Under the pieces are notes generated by a model, which saw only the letters and a list, made by a program, of their open reading frames with translations, had not been told where the DNA came from and ran no database searches. A program made the position numbers and the translations under genes. Below, one piece after another: positions 1 through 6,666 of a stretch of 27,004 nt of DNA. Numbering within the stretch: the stretch's first letter is position 1; each line of letters opens with the position of its first letter. Source of the stretch: Candidatus Eiseniibacteriota bacterium (GTDB lineage Bacteria > Eisenbacteria > RBG-16-71-46); contig JBGAML010000028.1 in NCBI GenBank assembly GCA_044223005.1, forward strand, positions 1 to 27,004, read 5' to 3'.

Positions 1-971
1 GGCGCGGGCGTCGCGCCCAGGGCCGCGGGCGGCGCGGGACGCGCCGGCGCGCCGAGCGCGCCGGCCTCGCCGGGCTGGCGGCGGCGATAGACGGTGCCGC
101 GCATCGGCTCGTAGAGGTCGTTGACGCCGTTCAGCGTCTCGGAGTGCCCGATGAACAGGTAGCCGTTCGGGCGCAACCGCTGCGCGAATGCCTCGACGAG
201 CGTCCGCTGCGTGGTGGCGTTGAAGTAGATCATCACGTTGCGGCAGAACACGAGGTCGAACGGGCCCTGCACGGGCCAGGGCTGCTCGACGAAGTTCAGT
301 TGGCGGAACGTGATCTTCTCGCGCAGCTCGTCGCTCACGCGCACCTTGCCGGCGTTCGCGCCCGTGCCGCGCCGCAGCCACTTCTGCTGCATCTCCGCCG
401 GAACCGGCTGGACCGACTCCTCGGGATAGATGCCCGTGGACGCGCGCTCGAGGACGTTCGTGTCGAGATCGGTGGCGAGGATCTCGAACGTGAATCCGCC
501 TCCCGGCGGCAGCCCGGAAGCGACCACCATCGCGAGCGTGTGCGGCTCCTCGCCCGTCGAGCACCCCGCGCTCCAGAGCCGCAGGCGCCGTTCGCCCCCG
601 CGCCGCGCCGCTTCGACGAACGCCGGGAGGAACGTCTGCGTGAGGAAGTCGAAGTGGTGCCGCTCGCGGAAGAAGTCGGTCTTGTTGGTGGTGATGGCGT
701 TCAGCAGCTCGCGCATCTCGTCGCCGTTCGGGTCGCGGCGCGTGACGAGCTCGTAGTAGTCGCCATAGCGCGTGAGCCCACGCGCGCGCAGCCGCCGCGC
801 GAGCCGCGAAGCGACGAGCTGCGTCTTGGAATCGGCGAGCGTGATGCCGGAACGCTGGTAGATGAGTTCGCGCAACGCGCGGAACTCGCCATCGCTCAGC
901 GCTTCGAGCCCGGTCGGCACGATCGCGTCCGGGGAACCGGACGAACGAATGCCAGCGGGAGGGTCCACCAT
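1..971 (-). CDS. cheR: Chemotaxis protein-glutamate methyltransferase CheR with C-terminal extension (3' end outside window)
   Basis: Not in the ORF track; translated by hand from ATG at 971 (GGAG upstream): MVDPPAG...LIYQRSGITLADSKTQLVASRLARRLR...AITTNKTDFFRERHHF...LWSAGCSTGEEP...ATDLDTNVL...FDLVFCRNVMIYF...GYLFIGHSE. All hallmark CheR motifs are present and there is no stop before position 1. Confidence 0.95.
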   Translation of the reverse strand, partial: MVDPPAGIRSSGSPDAIVPTGLEALSDGEFRALRELIYQRSGITLADSKTQLVASRLARRLRARGLTRYGDYYELVTRRDPNGDEMRELLNAITTNKTDFFRERHHFDFLTQTFLPAFVEAARRGGERRLRLWSAGCSTGEEPHTLAMVVASGLPPGGGFTFEILATDLDTNVLERASTGIYPEESVQPVPAEMQQKWLRRGTGANAGKVRVSDELREKITFRQLNFVEQPWPVQGPFDLVFCRNVMIYFNATTQRTLVEAFAQRLRPNGYLFIGHSETLNGVNDLYEPMRGTVYRRRQPGEAGALGAPARPAPPAALGATPA

Positions 972-1102
972 CCTCGGGAGTCTCCGCGTCCTGCGAGATC
1001 GGGGCGGACGCCTCGCGCGCCTCCCCGGGCCTGCCATCCGGGAAGCCTCGGCTGGGCGGCGCTCCTCTTGAGTGGCCGCCCTCGACGGGGCGGGGATGCC
1101 CG

Positions 1103-1118
1103 TGCGAAGTGCACGCCG
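1103..1118 (-). promoter_or_regulatory. Putative sigma54 (-24/-12) promoter for cheR
   Basis: Minus strand CGGCGTGCACTTCGCA: GG-N10-GC spacing, about 130 nt upstream of the cheR ATG. A weaker match than the fliL and flgF sites. Confidence 0.45.
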
Positions 1119-1186
1119 CTGGGCGATTTGCCGCTTGCGGACCACGTGAAGGAACCCGGACAATTGACGGTGAAAGGAGAACTTCC

Positions 1187-1468
1187 GTGAACCGTCCCGA
1201 GTTCGAACGCGAGTTGGCCCGCCTCCGCGAACAGATCGCCGATTTGCCCGCTTCGCAGCGCGAGGCTCTCGAAGCCCTGGCGCGCGAGACCGCCGAACGC
1301 CACGAGCAGATCCGCCGGTCGGCGCTCGAGGGCCATCGCGCCGTCGAGCGGCTCGAGATGGCGTTCGAGCACCTCGATCAGGCGTGCACGCGGCTGCGCG
1401 AACGGGCGCTCGACCTGCGCGACGCCCTGGCTCGCTCGCCCGGCCGCCCCGAGCCCGGCCTGAACTGA
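1187..1468 (+). CDS. Small hypothetical coiled-coil protein (93 aa)
   Basis: Strong RBS AAAGGAGA 6 nt before GTG at 1187; MNRPEFERELARLREQIADLPASQREALEALARETAERHEQIRR..., a heptad-like, charged helical sequence; followed by a terminator hairpin. Confidence 0.8.
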   Translation: MNRPEFERELARLREQIADLPASQREALEALARETAERHEQIRRSALEGHRAVERLEMAFEHLDQACTRLRERALDLRDALARSPGRPEPGLN

Positions 1469-1486
1469 CGATCTCGCGGCCTCACG

Positions 1487-1519
1487 GCCCCCGCGCCCCG
1501 GCGCGGGGGCTTCGTCGTT
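1487..1519 (+). terminator. Intrinsic terminator-like hairpin
   Basis: GCCCCCGCGC-cccg-GCGCGGGGGC, a perfect 10 bp stem followed by TTCGTCGTT, just after the stop at 1468. Confidence 0.7.
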
Positions 1520-1525
1520 CCGGGC

Positions 1526-1552
1526 TTCAGCGCGGCGGGCGGCCGCCGAGAC
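1526..1552 (+). promoter_or_regulatory. Putative sigma28 (FliA) promoter for the EAL-HDOD gene
   Basis: TTCA-N15-GCCGAGAC versus consensus TAAA-N15-GCCGATAA; lies between the terminator and the ATG at 1606. Confidence 0.45.
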
Positions 1553-1605
1553 TGGAACGGCCACCCCCTCGGCCTTCCCCGCTCGCGGAGCTTCGTTCCA
1601 GGGAC

Positions 1606-2832
1606 ATGGACCTCCAGCCCGTCGACATCTTCGTCGCCCGGCAGCCGATCTTCGATCGCGAACGCCGGGTCACCGGATACGAGTTGCTGTACCGGTCCAG
1701 CGAAGTGAACGCCGCCGGCCCCGGCCGCAGCGAAGTCATCACGTCGGTCAACCTCGAGCGCACACTGCTCGGCTTCGGGCTCGACACCCTGACCGCGAAC
1801 CGTGACGCGTGGATCAACGTGTCCCGGCACATGCTCGTGCACGACCACTGGAGCATGCTGCCCGCGGCGACGACCGTGCTCGAGCTGCTCGAGACCGTGG
1901 AACCCGCGCCGGACGTCGTGGAGGCGCTGCGTCGCGCGCGCGCCGCGGGCTACCGGATCGCACTCGACGATTTCGAGTACTCGGCCGCCTACGAGCCGGT
2001 GCTGCCCCTCGCGCAGTACGTCAAGATCGACTTCCGCGCGGGAACCGACGCCACGCGCCAGGCGCTTTCGCGCGACATGCGGCGCCGCAATCTCGTGCTC
2101 GTGGCCGAGAAGATCGAGGACGAAGCGGAGTTCACGCGCGCCTCCGCGCTGGGCTTCACGCTCTTCCAGGGCTACTTCTTCTGCCGGCCGCAGATCATGA
2201 AGACGCGCGAGCTGGCGCCGAACCGCGTGGGCTTCCTGCGCCTGCTGCGCGAAGTGCACGGCAAGACGCTGGACTTCGACGCGATCGAACAACTGATCGA
2301 GCAGGACGTGGCGCTGTCGCTCAAGCTGCTGCGCTTCCTGCACACCGCCGCCTTCGGCCTCGGGCGCGAGATCTCGAACATCCGCCAGGCCCTGCTGACA
2401 CTCGGGGAGCGCAACCTGCGCAAGTGGGTCTCGCTCGTGGCCGTGTTCGGCCTCGCCCAGGGCAAGCCGGCGGAGCTGGTGGTCGTTGCGCTCACGCGCG
2501 CCCGCTTCGCCGAACTGCTGGCCGAGGCCGTCGGCACGCCGGATCGCGCGACGGACCTCTTCCTCACCGGGCTGCTGTCGGTGGTCGACGCGCTCACGGA
2601 CCAGGGCATGGAGGAGGCGCTGGCGCCGCTCGCCGTATCCGCCGACGTGCGGTCCGCCCTGCTCGACGGTTCGCCGCCGCTCGGCGACGTGCTCCACCTC
2701 GTGCTGGCGTGGGAACGCGGGCAGTGGGACGAGAGCGAGCGCTGGATGCGACGGCTCAAGCTGGCCGAGCCGGCCGTGGCCCCCCTGTACGCCGACGCGG
2801 TGCTCTGGGCCGAGGACCACGCCCAGCCCTGA
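1606..2832 (+). CDS. EAL + HDOD domain c-di-GMP phosphodiesterase (YuxH/PdeH/CdgJ-like), 408 aa
   Basis: FVARQPIFD...YELLYR, WINVS, LELLE, ALDDF, VKID, VAEKIE, FQGYFF (EAL catalytic residues present), followed by an HDOD region (DVALSLKLLRFL...IRQALLTLG...RARFAELLA...FLTGLLS). Start taken as ATG 1606. Confidence 0.9.
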   Translation: MDLQPVDIFVARQPIFDRERRVTGYELLYRSSEVNAAGPGRSEVITSVNLERTLLGFGLDTLTANRDAWINVSRHMLVHDHWSMLPAATTVLELLETVEPAPDVVEALRRARAAGYRIALDDFEYSAAYEPVLPLAQYVKIDFRAGTDATRQALSRDMRRRNLVLVAEKIEDEAEFTRASALGFTLFQGYFFCRPQIMKTRELAPNRVGFLRLLREVHGKTLDFDAIEQLIEQDVALSLKLLRFLHTAAFGLGREISNIRQALLTLGERNLRKWVSLVAVFGLAQGKPAELVVVALTRARFAELLAEAVGTPDRATDLFLTGLLSVVDALTDQGMEEALAPLAVSADVRSALLDGSPPLGDVLHLVLAWERGQWDESERWMRRLKLAEPAVAPLYADAVLWAEDHAQP

Positions 2833-2896
2833 TCGTCCCGGCCCCGGGAGCGGCCGCCGCCACCGGGATTTCGGCGGCCAGCGCGCGCCCGGCGTC

Positions 2897-2923
2897 TCAA
2901 GATCCGCGGCCGGAACCCGATAC
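2897..2923 (+). promoter_or_regulatory. Putative sigma28 (FliA) promoter for motAB
   Basis: TCAA-N15-CCCGATAC, exact sigma28 spacing, about 60 nt upstream of the motA ATG; fliA is in the window. Confidence 0.65.
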
Positions 2924-2982
2924 TGGGACGCGCCGCACGCTGCGCGGCCGCCAGCCATCGCGTCGCCTCACGGAGATTACGG

Positions 2983-3840
2983 ATGATCACCATCGTCGGC
3001 ATCGTCGTCGTCATCGTCGCCGTGCTGGGCGGATTCATGATGGCGGGCGGCAATCCCGTATCGCTGATCCAGCCCTCGGAAATCGTCGTGATCCTCGGGA
3101 CGGCGCTCGGCTCCGTCCTGATCTCGACGCCCGCGCCGGTGCTCAAGAACACCGCGGCGAAGATGCAGGCGCTGCTCAAGCCCTCCCCGTACTCCAAGAA
3201 GCTCTACCTGGAGTCCCTGCGGCTGCTCTACGAGCTGTTCCAGACCGCCCGCAAGGACGGCCTCGTCGCGATCGAGTCCCACATCGAGAAGCCGCACGAG
3301 AGTTCGATGTTCAAGAAGTACCCTGCCGTGCTGCACGAACACCACGCCATGGAGTTCCTCTGCGACTCGCTCCGCCTCGTGCTCGTCGGCAGCGTGCCAC
3401 CACACGATCTCGAAGGCCTCATGGACAGCGAGATCGACGTGCACCACGAAAACGAGGGCAAGACGGTCGGCGTGCTCCAGAAGGTCTCCGACGCCCTGCC
3501 CGGCATCGGCATCGTGGCCGCCGTGCTCGGCATCGTGATCACGATGGGCGCCATCGCCGGCCCGATCGAGGAGGTCGCGCACCACGTCGGCGCCGCGCTC
3601 TGCGGCACGTTCATGGGCGTGCTCTTCGCCTACGGCTTCCTGAGCCCGCTGTCGACCGGCCTCGAACACATCAACTCGGCCGAAGCGCGCTACTACGCGT
3701 TCCTGAAGTCCGCCGTCGTGGCGTTCGCGAAGGGCTTCTCGCCCATCGTCGCCGCCGAGTTCGCTCGTCGCTCCATCTTCTCGGAGGACCGCCCGTCCTT
3801 CAACGAGATGGAGAACTCCGTGAAGGGCAAGGCGGCCTGA
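2983..3840 (+). CDS. motA: Flagellar motor stator protein MotA
   Basis: N-terminal TMs, QPSEIVVILG, RKDGLVAIESHIEKP (conserved R/E torque residues), PGIGIVAAVLG, AALCGTFMG, EFARR; GGAG RBS. Confidence 0.97.
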   Translation: MITIVGIVVVIVAVLGGFMMAGGNPVSLIQPSEIVVILGTALGSVLISTPAPVLKNTAAKMQALLKPSPYSKKLYLESLRLLYELFQTARKDGLVAIESHIEKPHESSMFKKYPAVLHEHHAMEFLCDSLRLVLVGSVPPHDLEGLMDSEIDVHHENEGKTVGVLQKVSDALPGIGIVAAVLGIVITMGAIAGPIEEVAHHVGAALCGTFMGVLFAYGFLSPLSTGLEHINSAEARYYAFLKSAVVAFAKGFSPIVAAEFARRSIFSEDRPSFNEMENSVKGKAA

Positions 3841-3854
3841 CCGCCTGAACGGCC

Positions 3855-4703
3855 ATGAGCGCGAACAAGGACCGCGAAGTTCCCGTCCGGATCGTCTACC
3901 GGAAGAAGGGCCACGGGCACGGCCACCACGGTGGCGCGTGGAAGGTGGCGTTCGCCGACTTCATGACCGCCATGTTCGCCCTCTTCCTCGTGCTCTGGCT
4001 CGTCAACCAGAGCTCCGACGTGAAGTCGGCGATCGCGGGCTACTTCCAGGATCCGCTCGGCCGCTCCGACGAATTCGGCAGCTCGATCATGCCGGGCGAC
4101 GGCGCACAGGCGGCCACGGTACGGCCACTGCAGCCGCGCGACGTCGTCGACATGCGCCGCAACCGCATGCAGGTGATGGCCGACCGGCTCCAGCACGACG
4201 TCGAAAGCGTGCCGGAGCTCCAGGGCGTGATGGACAAGATCCGCGTGCGCGTCACCGACGAGGGCCTCGAGATCCAGCTGCTCGAGGACTCGCTGGGCGT
4301 GTTCTTCGAGACGGGCAACGCGCTGCCGTCGCTGCGCGGGCGCCAGATCCTCGCGCTGCTCGGGCACGAGATGAGCGGCCTGCCGAACCGTGTGCTGGTG
4401 GCGGGCTATACCGATGCGCGCCCGTATCACCGGCTCGACGGGTACTCGAACTGGGAGCTGTCCGCCGACCGCGCGAACACCGTGCGGCGGATCCTCGCCA
4501 TCAACGGCGTCAACGACGAGCGCTTCTCGCAGATCCGCGGCTTCGCGGATCGCAATCTCGCCGACCCCGAGCGGCCCATGTCGCCCAGCAACCGGCGCGT
4601 GGCGATCACGATGATGTTCGCGGACGACTCCACGGACGTGGCCGTGGACACGACCACCACCGCTCCGGCACCTGCGGTGCCGCCTTCCGGGAGGTCCATG
4701 TGA
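3855..4703 (+). CDS. motB: Flagellar motor stator protein MotB
   Basis: HHGGAWKVAFADFMTAMFALFLVLW with the conserved Asp; OmpA-like C-terminus (GYTD, NWELSADRA, NRRV). Confidence 0.97.
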   Translation: MSANKDREVPVRIVYRKKGHGHGHHGGAWKVAFADFMTAMFALFLVLWLVNQSSDVKSAIAGYFQDPLGRSDEFGSSIMPGDGAQAATVRPLQPRDVVDMRRNRMQVMADRLQHDVESVPELQGVMDKIRVRVTDEGLEIQLLEDSLGVFFETGNALPSLRGRQILALLGHEMSGLPNRVLVAGYTDARPYHRLDGYSNWELSADRANTVRRILAINGVNDERFSQIRGFADRNLADPERPMSPSNRRVAITMMFADDSTDVAVDTTTTAPAPAVPPSGRSM

Positions 4704-5881
4704 ACGACCAGGCCGTCCTGCTTCTGGTCGAACGCGACGAGCGCGTCGTCCAGGTCTTCCGCGCGACGCTCCAGGTCGAGCGCCGGGTGCGCATGATCGT
4801 GGCGCCGACGGGCGACGAGGCGCTGCGCATGACGCGCGACCTCAAGCCCGACCTCGTCGTGGTGGCGCACGACATGCGCGGCATGAACGTGTTCTCGTTC
4901 GTGCAGAGCGTCCGCCAGGATCCGGCGCTGGAATCGGTCACGATCGTGCTGATCGTCGAGCCCGGGGCCAACGACCAGCGGTTCGCGGGACTGACGTTCG
5001 GCGTCGACGAGTACATCCCGCGGCCGGTCGAGCCCGCCGAGATCCTGACCAAGGTCCACGGCATGCTGCGGCTGCGCAAGGCGTACGAGGCCGTTCGGGC
5101 CGACGAGGAGCAGCTCAAGCAGCTGCACGAGAGCCTGCGCGCGAGCTTCGACCAGCTGCTCCAGCTGATGGCGCGCATGCTGGACATGCGCCTGCCGGGC
5201 GCCGGTGAACGCGGACAGCGGATCGCCCAGCTCGCGCAGCAGGTCGCCGAGCGCTTCGGCGTGCCGGCGACGCACCTGCACGCGCTCGAGATCGCGTCAC
5301 GGCTCCACGAACTGGGCCGCGTGGTGTGGTCCGACACCGAGAATCGCGAGCACGCCGTGCGCTCGCTCGACGACTGGAAGTACATCGTCGGGACGCGCGC
5401 GATCTTCTCGCAGGTCGACGGCCTGGCCGGCGCCACCGAACTGGTCGGCGCCGTCTACGAGAACTGGGACGGGTCGGGCTACCCCGATCACCTGCAGAGC
5501 GGCCAGATCCCGCTCCGCAGCCGCATCCTGCGCGTGCTGATCGACCTGTTCGTCGAGTTCGACCGCCGCGGCAAGCCCGCGCTCGCGGACGTGCTCGACG
5601 AGCTGCAGAACCACGCGGGCACGAAGTACGACCCGATGGTGGTCGTGCACCTGCGTGCGGTGCTGCAGGGGACCGCCGGCGACGTGCGCGGCTCGCGCAT
5701 CGTGGTCCCGGTGCCGGAGCTGAAGGTGGGCATGGTCCTCGCCGAGGACCTGTGCACCGACGCCGGGCTGAAGCTGCTCGCGCGCAACACCCGCCTCACG
5801 TCCGAGACGCTCGAAGTGATCCGCCGCCGGCACGCGTCCGAGCCGCTCGCGAATGCCGCGGTGCTGCGCGACTCCGCCTGA
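4700..5881 (+). CDS. Degenerate response regulator: pseudo-receiver + HD-GYP-like domain + short C-terminal domain (393 aa)
   Basis: GTG 4700 overlaps the motB stop (GTGA) with GGAGG upstream. REC-like N-terminus (GDEAL...KPDLVVV...GVDEYIPRPVEP), HD-GYP-like region (LHELGR, YENWDGSGYP, IPLRSRIL, GTKYDP), and a C-terminal VPELKVGMVLAEDL segment. Confidence 0.85.
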   Translation: MNDQAVLLLVERDERVVQVFRATLQVERRVRMIVAPTGDEALRMTRDLKPDLVVVAHDMRGMNVFSFVQSVRQDPALESVTIVLIVEPGANDQRFAGLTFGVDEYIPRPVEPAEILTKVHGMLRLRKAYEAVRADEEQLKQLHESLRASFDQLLQLMARMLDMRLPGAGERGQRIAQLAQQVAERFGVPATHLHALEIASRLHELGRVVWSDTENREHAVRSLDDWKYIVGTRAIFSQVDGLAGATELVGAVYENWDGSGYPDHLQSGQIPLRSRILRVLIDLFVEFDRRGKPALADVLDELQNHAGTKYDPMVVVHLRAVLQGTAGDVRGSRIVVPVPELKVGMVLAEDLCTDAGLKLLARNTRLTSETLEVIRRRHASEPLANAAVLRDSA

Positions 5882-5902
5882 CGCCGGACCGGAAAAGCGT
5901 TG

Positions 5903-5930
5903 CAAAGTGCACGATCGCACCGGCCGATAA
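5903..5930 (+). promoter_or_regulatory. Putative sigma28 (FliA) promoter for the kinase-like gene
   Basis: CAAA-N16-GCCGATAA; perfect sigma28 -10 box at 5923-5930 in the 56 nt intergenic gap. Confidence 0.6.
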
Positions 5931-5937
5931 CCCCGGC

Positions 5938-6642
5938 GTGACCCCGACGCCGCTCGCATCCGTCCCGACCGTGGCCGCCGCCGACGCGCGGCAGGCCGCC
6001 GCGTGGCTCGCCGCCGATCGCTGGTCGCTGTGGCGGACGCTGACGCGCGGTCTCGCGCACCACCTCGCGAACGCCGCACAGATGCTCGCGCTCGATCCGC
6101 CGCCCGCGCGCGCGTGCGCCGAGGCCTCGGAGCGTGTCGCCACCGCGGGCGCGCGCCTGTCCGAGGTGCACGCCGCGACCGAGTCCGCGCCGACGCTGCT
6201 GCCCCCCGTGCTCGAGGACCTGCAGGCGCTCCAGCGGCTGCAGGCCGGCTTCCGATCGACCGAACTGGTGCTCGACGTCGCGCCGGACCTGCCCGCGGTC
6301 ACGATGCCGGCGGCCGAACTCCGGCACGTGCTGCTCGCGCTGGTCACGAACGCCAAGCAGGCCGCCGGGAACGAGCGCGCCACGATCCGCGTCACCGTCA
6401 GCGGCGGCACCGACGGCGCCGAATGCGTGGTGGAGGACGGCGGGCCCGGCCTGCCGCCCGCGCTGGCCGCCACCGCGTTCGAGCCCTACGTCACGACCCG
6501 CACCGATGATGCGCTCGGGCTCGGGCTGACGGTCGCCCGCGAACTCGCGCGGCGTGCCGGCGGCGACCTGGTGGTCGAACCGGGCACGTCGCGATTCCGC
6601 CTCGCCCTCCCGGCGTGGCGGCGCACGCACCCGGCTCGCTGA
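5938..6642 (+). CDS. Short sensorless histidine kinase-like protein (HisKA remnant + HATPase_c), about 234 aa
   Basis: H-box-like GLAHHLANA, N box LVTNAKQA, G1 VEDGGPGLP, F box AFEPYVTTR, G2 LGLGL. Start uncertain (GTG 5938 or 5971). Confidence 0.8.
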   Translation: MTPTPLASVPTVAAADARQAAAWLAADRWSLWRTLTRGLAHHLANAAQMLALDPPPARACAEASERVATAGARLSEVHAATESAPTLLPPVLEDLQALQRLQAGFRSTELVLDVAPDLPAVTMPAAELRHVLLALVTNAKQAAGNERATIRVTVSGGTDGAECVVEDGGPGLPPALAATAFEPYVTTRTDDALGLGLTVARELARRAGGDLVVEPGTSRFRLALPAWRRTHPAR

Positions 6643-6647
6643 CCGGG

Positions 6648-6666
6648 CGCGGGGACGCGCCCCGCG
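6648..6666. terminator. Hairpin between the convergent kinase-like gene and flgK
   Basis: CGCGGGG-acgcg-CCCCGCG fills most of the 24 nt gap between the two convergent stop codons; no U-tract. Confidence 0.45.

Noticed and set aside
1147..1173. TGAA-N15-GACGGTGA as a sigma28 promoter for the small ORF
   Set aside because: Only 5/8 match at -10, and the implied TSS would cut into the RBS.
144..1190. 348 aa plus-strand ORF
   Set aside because: Antisense shadow of cheR, which has all CheR motifs on the minus strand; no recognisable domain.
1187..1468. Small ORF as the missing FlgM
   Set aside because: The LARLREQIAD similarity is at the N-terminus and lacks the following G.Y motif; FlgM carries this motif at its C-terminus.
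1809..3848. 679 aa Arg/Ala-rich alternative-frame ORF and similar same-strand overlaps
   Set aside because: Off-frame read-through typical of high-GC DNA with few stop codons; the real genes are in other frames.
3938..4699. Long N-terminal extension of the REC/HD-GYP ORF in the track
   Set aside because: It overlaps motB out of frame and is Arg-rich noise; GTG 4700 has a GGAGG RBS and begins the REC fold.
5326..5937. N-terminal 'sensor' part of the 438 aa kinase ORF
   Set aside because: It overlaps the HD-GYP gene in another frame, has low-complexity composition, and a promoter-like element lies at 5903-5930.
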